Shown here in pieces: positions 19,080-27,141 of a DNA stretch of 32,000 nucleotides. The notes beneath the pieces are model-generated. The model searched no databases, was not told where the DNA came from, and saw only the letters and a program-made list of their open reading frames with translations. Where the stretch lies: positions 110,425-142,424 of the forward strand of contig PBAU01000005.1 of NCBI GenBank assembly GCA_002716355.1. The letters are read 5' to 3'. Source of the DNA: a bacterium. Its GTDB lineage: Bacteria > UBP7 > UBA6624. The first letter of the stretch is position 1. Each line of letters starts with the position of its first letter. The translations under genes and the position numbers were made by a program.

Positions 19080-19514
19080 TTATTCTAAATCTGAAAAAAA
19101 ATCAGTCAAGTTTATCTTTTCGAAAATCACTTGAAAAATCTTTTTTTCGCTCTTGTTTAAACCTTTATCTATCTTTTTTAAAAAAAGATTGACCTCTTCG
19201 TAAAAAAATTTCAAAAGCTGATTGCCGGCAGGTGATGCTTTGATTAAAATCTTTCGCCTATCAGTAGAAGGAACTTTAAAATGAATCAATCGTTGTTTTT
19301 GCATCCTTTCAACAACTCTAGTTATGGATGTCTGAGAAACAACAAGGTTTGATGAAATATCCTTTAAGCTAACCCATTCATTCTGATTATCAAGCTCCAG
19401 CAAAACCCTGATTTGAAGTTTTGTATATTGCGGATAACGCAAAACCTTTTTTAATTCATGATTCAAATTTGCCTGAAGTTTAAAAATTCCCGAAATAACT
19501 TTTTTTCGATTCAT
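19080..19514 (-). CDS. MarR-family transcriptional regulator
   Basis: Has the winged-HTH pattern TKLQIRVLLELDNQNEWVSLKDISSNLVVSQTSITRVVERMQKQRLI...STDRRKILIKASPAG. It contains no Cys residues. The start is ATGA-coupled to the upstream oxidoreductase. Confidence 0.75.
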   Translation of the reverse strand: MNRKKVISGIFKLQANLNHELKKVLRYPQYTKLQIRVLLELDNQNEWVSLKDISSNLVVSQTSITRVVERMQKQRLIHFKVPSTDRRKILIKASPAGNQLLKFFYEEVNLFLKKIDKGLNKSEKKIFQVIFEKINLTDFFSDLE

Positions 19515-20521
19515 TCGATCTTAAGCAACACTTTACCTATTGCACTTGATTCTTCTAAGTGTTGATGAGCTTGTGCAATATCCTTCCAGTTAAAACCTCT
19601 ATCAATCAAAACCTTCAAATCTCCATTTGCTACTCTGGGTAAAATTTCATTTTTCAAATCCTTAAAACTCCCCATAGTGCTACCCATGATCGTTTGGTTT
19701 TTGATAAAAAGATGTGGAAGGTTTATCTTCACAATAGGGCCAGTAGTTCCGCCACAAGTTACAAGATTTCCATTTCTCTTTAAGATGCTCAAGCTTCTTT
19801 TCCATGTTTTTGCACCAGTATGCTCAACAACAACATCAACACCCTTCGGTGAAAAATCTCTTACCGCACTAACGATATCATCTTTAGCCGGATCCAATAG
19901 AAGATCCCAGGATCCTGAATCAATTTTTGATATTTTTGAACCTCTAGCAGTTCCAACAACCTTAGCTCCGTGTAATTTTGCAATTTGACCAGCAGCATGC
20001 CCTACACCACTGCCAGCACCCCACACAAAAACAATATCGCCCTTTTTGACATTACATCTACGAACAACCATATTCCAGGATGTTAGAAAAGATAATGGGA
20101 ATGCAGCTGCAACTTTATCATCAATACAATCATCTAATGGAATCCATAAATTCGATTTTTGCTTTAAATAGGTTGACAAAGTTCCATTGCAGGTTTCTCC
20201 ATGGATACCATAACTTTCTGATAAATAATCACCTATTCCTGGTGAAAGCAACACCCTTTGTCCTTCTTTTAAAAATGTTGCATTTTTACCTCGCGCAACC
20301 ACGACACCCACACCTTCAGAGCATGGAACAATTGGATATGTTACACCAGGCAAACCTCGGCGTACCCACAGGTCAAGATGATTCATGGCAGCATAATTCA
20401 TCTTAACAACCACATCATCATCTCGGATCTCTCCAATATCAAAATCTTCAAAATCAAAAACATCGAAAGATCCTGGTTTTCGAATAATCACTCTTTGCCC
20501 TTTTTCCATCAAAACAAACAC
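19511..20521 (-). CDS. Zinc-type alcohol dehydrogenase / NADPH:quinone oxidoreductase-like (MDR superfamily)
   Basis: Contains AAMNHLDLWVRRG, IVPCSEGVGVV and the Rossmann motif VFVWGAGSGVGHAAGQIAKLHGAKVVGT. The track start is the GTG at 20521. The ATG at 20509 (MEKGQRV) is an equally plausible start. Confidence 0.8.
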   Translation of the reverse strand: MFVLMEKGQRVIIRKPGSFDVFDFEDFDIGEIRDDDVVVKMNYAAMNHLDLWVRRGLPGVTYPIVPCSEGVGVVVARGKNATFLKEGQRVLLSPGIGDYLSESYGIHGETCNGTLSTYLKQKSNLWIPLDDCIDDKVAAAFPLSFLTSWNMVVRRCNVKKGDIVFVWGAGSGVGHAAGQIAKLHGAKVVGTARGSKISKIDSGSWDLLLDPAKDDIVSAVRDFSPKGVDVVVEHTGAKTWKRSLSILKRNGNLVTCGGTTGPIVKINLPHLFIKNQTIMGSTMGSFKDLKNEILPRVANGDLKVLIDRGFNWKDIAQAHQHLEESSAIGKVLLKIE

Positions 20522-20555
20522 ATCTTAAACTGATATCGATTATTATTATTGAGCT

Positions 20556-20996
20556 ATGCTGCTATTTGATTGCTTTGTTGTCAATAAGATTAACGATGAT
20601 TACAGATTCCTGATGCTAAAAAGAGCCAAGGGAAAAATGTATGAAGGGATGTGGAGAATGGTTGCTGGAAAAATCAAACCAAATGAAAAAGCATGGGAAG
20701 CCTGCTTAAGGGAGATACAAGAAGAAACCAATCTAAAAATTGATGAACTTTACTCAGTACCGTTCATTAATTCTTTTTATGAGTGGGAAACAGATTCAAT
20801 ACATAGCATTCCAGTCTTTTTAGCGATCACAAAAGAATCAAAGGTCGCAATGAATGATGAACATGACAAATACGAATGGCTATATGTTGATGAAGCAATT
20901 TCGAGACTGGAATGGCCTGGACAGAAAAAAGGCATCGAAGAATCGTTCAAAATGCTGACAAACAAACAAATGAAACAGTTGTTAAGAATCAAATAA
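20556..20996 (+). CDS. Nudix hydrolase
   Basis: Has the near-complete Nudix box GKIKPNEKAWEACLREIQEETNL, with the terminal Gly replaced by Asn. Length is 146 aa. Confidence 0.75.
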   Translation: MLLFDCFVVNKINDDYRFLMLKRAKGKMYEGMWRMVAGKIKPNEKAWEACLREIQEETNLKIDELYSVPFINSFYEWETDSIHSIPVFLAITKESKVAMNDEHDKYEWLYVDEAISRLEWPGQKKGIEESFKMLTNKQMKQLLRIK

Positions 20997-21001
20997 AAAA
21001 A

Positions 21002-22030
21002 CTAAAGAAATTTCTTTATTAAGGCTAATGCACCCTGTTTCCAAGGCACCCTATGTCCAGTACCAGCATTAGAAAAACTATTTCTGTTTTCAAGATACCA
21101 TTTGTATGTTCTTATCAATGTATCTGAATTTGAGTAAGAAGGACTCCATCCAAGCTTTTGTAATTTTGCAGTGTCAACCCAGGAATCCTGATCAGCAGTT
21201 CCATACACCCATTTGTATAAAGGTGAAAGGTTTAGAAGCTCCAATATCGCAAGTGCTGATTTTGCAAAAGCTGCATTCGTTGGAAAAATCCTTGAGCCCT
21301 TCTTGGAAAATTTGAATAATTCCCCCAGGTCATCACAGACAGAGGAGAAATCGGAGGCTCCTACATTAAAGCAACCATTACATGATTCATCATCCGAATT
21401 TATTAAAAGCTCAATGGCGCTAACAAGGTCAGCAACATCTAAAAGTTGGTATTTATTTTTCCCATCACCTATAACTGGAATCTTTGTTCCAGAATAGACC
21501 CAATCAAATAATATCTCAAATACACCCAGTCTTTCTGGGCCTATAAAAGTTTTAGGTCTAACAACTGGGATAATCATGCCTTTTTCCCTGGCTTTCATAC
21601 ATTCAAGCTCAGCTAAAACTTTACTTTCTCCATAAGATCCAACCCCTTTCATCTGGTCGCTTTCAACTAGTGGATGATGGTCTGGAACACCATAAACAGC
21701 TGTGCTTGAAACATAAACTACTTTCTTGACATTCATTTTTCTTGAAACCTCAAGAACATTTCTTGTACCAAGAACATTTGTTTCAAAAATATCCTTTTTT
21801 GGAGCAAGTGGCAAAGCTGCTGCAGCATGAATGACAATATCTGAATCTACAATAGCAAACTCCAAATCCCTTACATTTCTAATGTCTCCAACAAAACAAG
21901 ATTGATTTCCTGACACTGCAGAAAATAAAGATGAATCAAAGTCAAAAAGATTAACCTCACAATCTGAAAATTTTTCAGCAAGGTGCCAGCCTAAAAAACC
22001 TCCACCGCCAGTAATAGTTATCCTCATCAC
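21002..22030 (-). CDS. NAD-dependent epimerase/dehydratase (extended SDR)
   Basis: Contains ITITGGGGFLGWHLAEKF, VIHAAA and the YxxxK motif YGESKVLAE. Length is 342 aa. Confidence 0.8.
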   Translation of the reverse strand: MMRITITGGGGFLGWHLAEKFSDCEVNLFDFDSSLFSAVSGNQSCFVGDIRNVRDLEFAIVDSDIVIHAAAALPLAPKKDIFETNVLGTRNVLEVSRKMNVKKVVYVSSTAVYGVPDHHPLVESDQMKGVGSYGESKVLAELECMKAREKGMIIPVVRPKTFIGPERLGVFEILFDWVYSGTKIPVIGDGKNKYQLLDVADLVSAIELLINSDDESCNGCFNVGASDFSSVCDDLGELFKFSKKGSRIFPTNAAFAKSALAILELLNLSPLYKWVYGTADQDSWVDTAKLQKLGWSPSYSNSDTLIRTYKWYLENRNSFSNAGTGHRVPWKQGALALIKKFL

Positions 22031-22129
22031 TTAAATCCTAGACTCGTATTGTGAAAATAGAAACTTTTTTATCTTTTTAACAGTATTTATTTTGATTAGG
22101 TTTTTACCTAAATGTTTTTATTCACCTCT

Positions 22130-22163
22130 AACGGGCACCTGAAAAGGTGTCCGTTTTCATTCA
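22130..22163 (+). promoter_or_regulatory. 10-bp stem / 6-nt loop hairpin followed by a T-rich tail, in the 5' region of CDS 22186..22701
   Basis: AACGGGCACC (22130-22139) pairs with GGTGTCCGTT (22146-22155). There is one G-T position, which would be G-U in RNA. The loop is TGAAAA and the tail is TTCATTC. This is the only sizeable structure in the largest non-coding gap of the window. Confidence 0.3.
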
Positions 22164-22185
22164 AATTAGAATACAAGTCAGCCAA

Positions 22186-22701
22186 ATGGAATGTGAATCA
22201 ACAAACTTCTCAACCACTTATAAAAAAAACAAAAGTGTCCTAAGTTCTAAATTAGGCTTTTTGGAAGGCACATGGCATGGCCATGGAAAAATCAAAAATC
22301 ATAAAGTGACAAGTTTGCTGACAATACAATGGCAAGGTCAGTTTCTAATTTGGAATAGCAAATCTGTTTCAGATGAATTAACATTTGAGAACAGCTCTTC
22401 AGGCCCGCAGATACCTCAATGGAAACTGGAAACATCGGAAATGATTGTCTTTCAGGGTTTTGGGAAAGGACAAATTATACATATGCACATAAGGGACAAA
22501 AATAAATGGGATCCTTTGAATCTTAAATTTGAAGAACTGTTTTTAAGGCTTTATTTGAAACAGGCCAATAAGCAACTCTTGTTTGAACCCATTGATAGTA
22601 ACAAATTCCAAAAAAATTTCTTTATAGAGCTGCACAAAGGGTTCGAAAAAATAATTTTTAAAAATAACAATGGCACCAAATTAACCTATTTTCGAGATTA
22701 A
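22186..22701 (+). CDS. Hypothetical protein (possibly a lipocalin/nitrobindin-like beta-barrel)
   Basis: The ORF is open from the GTG at 22147, but I prefer the ATG at 22186. The only recognisable cue is LGFLEGTWHGHGK, reminiscent of the GxWxGxG motif of DUF1794/nitrobindin-type barrels. This is a weak assignment. Confidence 0.4.
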   Translation: MECESTNFSTTYKKNKSVLSSKLGFLEGTWHGHGKIKNHKVTSLLTIQWQGQFLIWNSKSVSDELTFENSSSGPQIPQWKLETSEMIVFQGFGKGQIIHMHIRDKNKWDPLNLKFEELFLRLYLKQANKQLLFEPIDSNKFQKNFFIELHKGFEKIIFKNNNGTKLTYFRD

Positions 22702-23547
22702 AAAATCTAATAATTTTTCAACACACTCTTTGGTTTTACCACCTTTATCATGCAAGGGGTTGTATTCCACAAAATCCAAAGAAAGTAGATTACCTTTAGT
22801 TAAGATTTGATCCAGTAAATCAATCGCCTCTTTTGGATCAAAGCCACGATCAACAGGCGTTCCAACCCCAGGGGCAAACAAAGGATCAATTGAATCGATA
22901 TCAAAACTTAAGCAGTAATCATCGCCTGTAATCAAACTAACTTTTTTTGCAATTTCAGCAAGACCTTGTTTTTTAATTTCCTCAGCACTGAAGTAAGTTA
23001 TATTTTCTTTATCAAGAAGAGCAGTTTCACCTGGATCAACATCTCTCAAGCCTAAGATAACAACTTTTTTTGGATCAAATAAAGATGAACCGACAACATC
23101 ACTTAAATGCTTAACTTTTTCTCCAATCAAGGCAGCTAAAGGCATCCCGTGTAAATTCCCTGAAGGGGATGTTAGATGGGTGTTTAAGTCAGCATGAGCA
23201 TCAAACCAAATCAAGCCGGGGCTCTCTTTATTTTCGAAAGAATACGCAGAAGCAACAGCGCTTAGTGAACCTGAAGAAATCGAATGGTCTCCACCCAAAA
23301 CAAAAGGGAAATAGCCTAATAATGTATTTTTGAATGTTTCTGATTTCAACCTTAAGCAAACATCCTTCAAGGAATTGTTTCTATCTTTTTTCAAATCATT
23401 CCTAGAATCTATCTCTATAAATTTATGATCTTTTTGCAAGCCTCTAAATAAATTTAAATCTAAGATTTGGAAAGGACCTAAATCTGAACCATTAACATTG
23501 CCACCAAGTGAAGTAGGTGTGCTAATAAAACAAATCCTCTTAGTCAT
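22681..23547 (-). CDS. Arginase (ureohydrolase family)
   Basis: Has the Mn-ligand motifs GGDHSISSG, WFDAHADLNT and SFDIDSIDP. SGNLHGMPLAAL is arginase-like rather than agmatinase-like. I chose the start MTKRICFIS (ATG 23545-23547), which overlaps the upstream stop by 8 nt. The track's longer ORF would overlap by 65 nt. Confidence 0.8.
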   Translation of the reverse strand: MTKRICFISTPTSLGGNVNGSDLGPFQILDLNLFRGLQKDHKFIEIDSRNDLKKDRNNSLKDVCLRLKSETFKNTLLGYFPFVLGGDHSISSGSLSAVASAYSFENKESPGLIWFDAHADLNTHLTSPSGNLHGMPLAALIGEKVKHLSDVVGSSLFDPKKVVILGLRDVDPGETALLDKENITYFSAEEIKKQGLAEIAKKVSLITGDDYCLSFDIDSIDPLFAPGVGTPVDRGFDPKEAIDLLDQILTKGNLLSLDFVEYNPLHDKGGKTKECVEKLLDFLISKIG

Positions 23548-24355
23548 TTTCGTCAATCCTGATTTCTGCAATAAGCTCTTCATGAAAATAACTGTTACTT
23601 GCAACTATATCCCCACATTCCATAAAAGAATCTTCACCATGAAAATCACTAACCTTTCCTCCAGCTTCATCAACGATCAAAACTCCAGCAGCTATATCCC
23701 AAACAGAAAGCCCACCTTCCCAAAAACAATCAAACCTCCCACAAGCGGTATATGCAAGATCCAAAGCAGCAGACCCCATCCTTCTTATCCCTCCTGATTT
23801 ATTAAACAAAGCTTCAAACTGTTTTGAAAAAAGTTTTATCCTGTCTTTCTCCTTGTGGGGGAATCCAGTTGCAATCATTGAACCTTCAAGCTCTTTTTTT
23901 TCACTGACTTGCATTTGGATTGATTTGCCACCCTGTTTCAAATAGCTTCCCATTCCTTTTTCAGCAATAAACATTTCATCATGGACAACATCGTAAATAG
24001 CACCAAGATAAATTTTTTTCAAATCCTTCGATGCTAACGCAACAGAAATTGAGAAAAATGGTAAACCCTGAACAAAATTTCGTGTACCATCAATTGGATC
24101 AACTATCCAAATTTTGTCTGAATCCAATGAATCTTGTTTTCCGCTCTCTTCTCCAAGAAAACCTGCTTTTTCATCGATCTGATACAAACCTTCCTTTAAA
24201 AATAATTCGGAATCCTGGTCAACCTTTGTGACAAGATCAAAACCTTCTTTTGCTGAAATATCTTTTTCCTCGAGGGTTCTAAAAGATTTTTTTGAAATTT
24301 TTGATGCTTGGTAAATTAAATCACATACAAGATCAATTTTTTTTATTTGTCCCAA
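23540..24355 (-). CDS. Inositol monophosphatase family protein (SuhB-like)
   Basis: Contains LGEESG, WIVDPIDGTRNF and WDIAAGVLIVDEAGG. The start is a TTG at 24355. Confidence 0.85.
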   Translation of the reverse strand: MGQIKKIDLVCDLIYQASKISKKSFRTLEEKDISAKEGFDLVTKVDQDSELFLKEGLYQIDEKAGFLGEESGKQDSLDSDKIWIVDPIDGTRNFVQGLPFFSISVALASKDLKKIYLGAIYDVVHDEMFIAEKGMGSYLKQGGKSIQMQVSEKKELEGSMIATGFPHKEKDRIKLFSKQFEALFNKSGGIRRMGSAALDLAYTACGRFDCFWEGGLSVWDIAAGVLIVDEAGGKVSDFHGEDSFMECGDIVASNSYFHEELIAEIRIDEND

Positions 24356-25551
24356 CTCAAAACCTCTATTTCAGAATTTCTACTAAATTCATTTGTTTCC
24401 GCAGGCAAACGAATTAAAAACTCTGTGTCAGACAATCCTGAGACACGATGACTACCATTTGGTTGAACATTAATTACTTTAACTGGATTGTAAGAAGCAA
24501 ATCTTCCAGGTAGAAATCCTTCTTTTTTTGACTTCCAAATAAGCGCCTCATCCAACATCGCATTCGTGTGTAAAGGCCTATACCTTTTTGCACCAACCAT
24601 TAATCTCATAATTTGTATTCCTAAAAGCTCAAAAACAACCAATGAGCTTAATGGGTTCCCGGAAATACCCAAGCCAATAACCCCTTCTGAAAGAGAGGTC
24701 AGGAAACTAGGTCCACCAGGCTGCATTGCAATTTTATCGAAAATAATTTCACCACCATTTTCCACAAAAGCCCTCTTAGCATAATCCCTTTCCCCATCAG
24801 CAGCACCGCCTAAAGTAATTACAAAATCCGCTTTGTTTTTAGCTTCAGAAACAGCTTTTGAAAGAGATTCAAGGTCATCTTCAACCAATTCAGAATAAAC
24901 AACATTGCCACCCTGCTCTTTAACGATTTGGCCAATAGCTTGAAGGTTACCGCATTTAACACCTTGTTTCTTTGATCCTGGCAAAACCAATTCATTCCCG
25001 TTGGCAATCAGAGCAACTCTTGGCATTTTAGAAACCTCAACAGATTCAATATCGCAAGAGATTAAAGCTTGTATGGCCCAGTAACTTAAACGGCAACCTT
25101 TCAAAGCAACCATGTCACCAACATTCACATCTTCTCCTTTAACCCTGAAATACTCTCCTCGTTTTGGGCATTCCGAAAAAGCAATCCTGCCATCTTCTTC
25201 CCGAACTACCTTTTCCCACGGGACAATCGCAGTAGCACCTCTAGGGATTTGTGCTCCTGTTGCAACCCATGCACAAACATCACCATCAATAGATTTTCTT
25301 TTATCTTCAGCGTATGTTGGATCACCAGTTTGTAAGATTACAGGTTCATTTCTTGTAGCATCAATGAGCAATTGATGATCAACTGCCCAACCATCCATTG
25401 CACTTACAGTCTCTCTTGGGTTATCACATTTGGACGCAGCTGAATCTGACAACCACCTACCACTTGATTCAGTAATATTCATCTTTTCTGAACCTAATGG
25501 TTTAACAATTTTGTCAATTAAATCTTGTGCTTCATTGAAAAGTACACTCAT
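24343..25551 (-). CDS. moeA: Molybdopterin molybdotransferase MoeA
   Basis: Contains VSAMDGWAV, GDMVALKG, ALIANGNEL, VITLGGAADGERDY and IAMQPGGP. The start MSVLF at 25549-25551 forms an ATGA overlap with the mobA stop. The track ORF begins 15 nt further upstream. Confidence 0.85.
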   Translation of the reverse strand: MSVLFNEAQDLIDKIVKPLGSEKMNITESSGRWLSDSAASKCDNPRETVSAMDGWAVDHQLLIDATRNEPVILQTGDPTYAEDKRKSIDGDVCAWVATGAQIPRGATAIVPWEKVVREEDGRIAFSECPKRGEYFRVKGEDVNVGDMVALKGCRLSYWAIQALISCDIESVEVSKMPRVALIANGNELVLPGSKKQGVKCGNLQAIGQIVKEQGGNVVYSELVEDDLESLSKAVSEAKNKADFVITLGGAADGERDYAKRAFVENGGEIIFDKIAMQPGGPSFLTSLSEGVIGLGISGNPLSSLVVFELLGIQIMRLMVGAKRYRPLHTNAMLDEALIWKSKKEGFLPGRFASYNPVKVINVQPNGSHRVSGLSDTEFLIRLPAETNEFSRNSEIEVLSWDK

Positions 25552-26159
25552 TTCATTTTCTCCCATTCTTGCATTAGAAAATCTAAATCATGGATGTCGT
25601 TATTGTTATGAAAACATATTTTTGAAATCCCTCTAGAAGTAAAATGGCTTTCTTCAATAAGTTGCACTTTAATCCTGTCAAGAAAGCCCCAAAGTTTTCT
25701 TCGTAAATTTGATTCAGTTGTTCTTTCAAGATATTTTGGTATATCTTTATGTATTGATGTTCTGTATAGAGATAAAGTTGGTTGCGGAAAGCCTAAAGCA
25801 TGGGGCATCAAACAGTCAGTTTTACCATCTGCAATTTCCCATAACATACTAGGTAAATCTTTATGAACTGTAGGAACATCACAACAGCCGCAAAATGCCC
25901 AGGCAGTTTTGCATGCTTTCAAGCCTGTATAAAGGCCAGAAAGAATACCTTCTCCAGGAAGCTCATCATCAACAATTTCCCAATCAGAAAATTTCTCTGG
26001 AGATGGTGGCATGCCTACAATAAAAACCCTTTCAGCAGTTTCAGATAATGTTTGGAGAGTTTTCGTCAAAAAATTAACACCATCGATCTCAAGTAACGCT
26101 TTAGGCCTTCCCATCCTTGTGCTTTTGCCACCAGCCAAAACAAAAGCTTCTGATATCAT
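25548..26159 (-). CDS. mobA: Molybdenum cofactor guanylyltransferase MobA
   Basis: Contains FVLAGGKSTRMGRPKALLEIDG, DDELPGEGILSGLYTGL and GCCDVP. Confidence 0.8.
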   Translation of the reverse strand: MISEAFVLAGGKSTRMGRPKALLEIDGVNFLTKTLQTLSETAERVFIVGMPPSPEKFSDWEIVDDELPGEGILSGLYTGLKACKTAWAFCGCCDVPTVHKDLPSMLWEIADGKTDCLMPHALGFPQPTLSLYRTSIHKDIPKYLERTTESNLRRKLWGFLDRIKVQLIEESHFTSRGISKICFHNNNDIHDLDFLMQEWEKMK

Positions 26160-27100
26160 CTCCCCAACCTCTTCATCCTTCTGGCTCTTCGTGCTTCTCC
26201 CTCAAGGAATCTTCTTTTCTCATCTTCTGTGATTGGCTCAAAAGATTCAACAGATGTTGGTTTCCCTTTTTTATCTATTGCGACAAAGGTTGCATATGCC
26301 GTGCAAACCCTTTTTATTTTTGATTTGTATGGATCAAAAGCTGTTACTCTAATGCCTATCTCCATTGAGCTATTGTTCACATAATTTACAGCAGCACGAT
26401 ACCTCATGTGTTCATGAATCAATATCGGAGAATGGAAATCAACAGCATCTAAACTGGCTGTTACAGCTGGCATTTTGCAATACCTGTGACAAGCAAGAGC
26501 GGCAATCTCATCAACACACAACATAACCTCTCCAGCAAAAACTTTATCGGCTAAAAGCATGTCTGGTGTAACCATTCTCATCGCTTGTGCAATAGAAGGT
26601 GAGCTAAAACCAGAAGTGTCAGCCTGATCCTTTGTATCAAATTCAGACAAACGCTCTAAACGTTTTGATCTTCGATCCAAGGCTGCTCTAAAACTTTCAT
26701 GCTCATCATCTGTAGCAGGATCCACTGCTGCAACCTTTGTGGGTTTGCCATTTTCATCTAAAGCAATAAAAGTTAAATGAGCCCTACACGTTGTCAGCGG
26801 CTCTCTTCCAGCTCGATCAGTTTTTATTACTTCAACTCGAACCTCCATGGAACTACCAAAAGTTGCTTGAACCCTTGATCGAAATGCAACTCTATCACCA
26901 AGTGCAACACCTGCTAAAATGTCTATATCCTCCATTGCTCCAAGAACTACAGAACCCTTGTGATGGTTACTCGCGGTCAAGGTTCCCGCCTCACAGATCC
27001 AATACATCAGCCTTCCACCATAAAGACGACTTGCTGGATTCACATGCTGAGGGAACACGATTCTTAAAAGTTCCATGGATGTTGAGCTTGGTTTTATCAC
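26156..27100 (-). CDS. Acyl-CoA thioesterase, tandem hotdog fold (YciA/BFIT-BACH type)
   Basis: There are two repeats of the hotdog pattern: VFPQHVNPASRLYGGRLMYWICEAG... and MVTPDMLLADKVFAGEVMLCVDEIAAL... The track start is the GTG at 27100. The ATG at 27076 is an alternative. Confidence 0.8.
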   Translation of the reverse strand: MIKPSSTSMELLRIVFPQHVNPASRLYGGRLMYWICEAGTLTASNHHKGSVVLGAMEDIDILAGVALGDRVAFRSRVQATFGSSMEVRVEVIKTDRAGREPLTTCRAHLTFIALDENGKPTKVAAVDPATDDEHESFRAALDRRSKRLERLSEFDTKDQADTSGFSSPSIAQAMRMVTPDMLLADKVFAGEVMLCVDEIAALACHRYCKMPAVTASLDAVDFHSPILIHEHMRYRAAVNYVNNSSMEIGIRVTAFDPYKSKIKRVCTAYATFVAIDKKGKPTSVESFEPITEDEKRRFLEGEARRARRMKRLGR

Positions 27101-27141
27101 TTTTGTAAATTTTAGTCGTTTAAAAAAATAAAATAACCAAT

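Noticed and set aside
20541-20552. An (ATT)4 microsatellite and short GATATC/ATCGAT palindromes in the 34-bp divergent region, as a candidate MarR operator.
   Set aside because: They are too short and too low in information to distinguish from chance in AT-rich DNA. They are only mentioned as a place to look under the redox-operon finding.
22112-22185. Alternative readings of the 22031-22185 gap: a GTG start at 22147 for the downstream CDS, and a 43-codon ORF from the ATG at 22112 as a possible leader peptide.
   Set aside because: The GTG lies inside the hairpin stem and adds a non-descript hydrophobic N-terminus. The small ORF has no coupling geometry, no Shine-Dalgarno and no recognisable features. 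I kept only the hairpin as an observation.
24343-27100. A Moco riboswitch or other leader RNA ahead of moeA/mobA.
   Set aside because: The genes are internal to an operon with overlapping start and stop codons, and the only upstream gap is 41 bp. There is no room for a structured leader.
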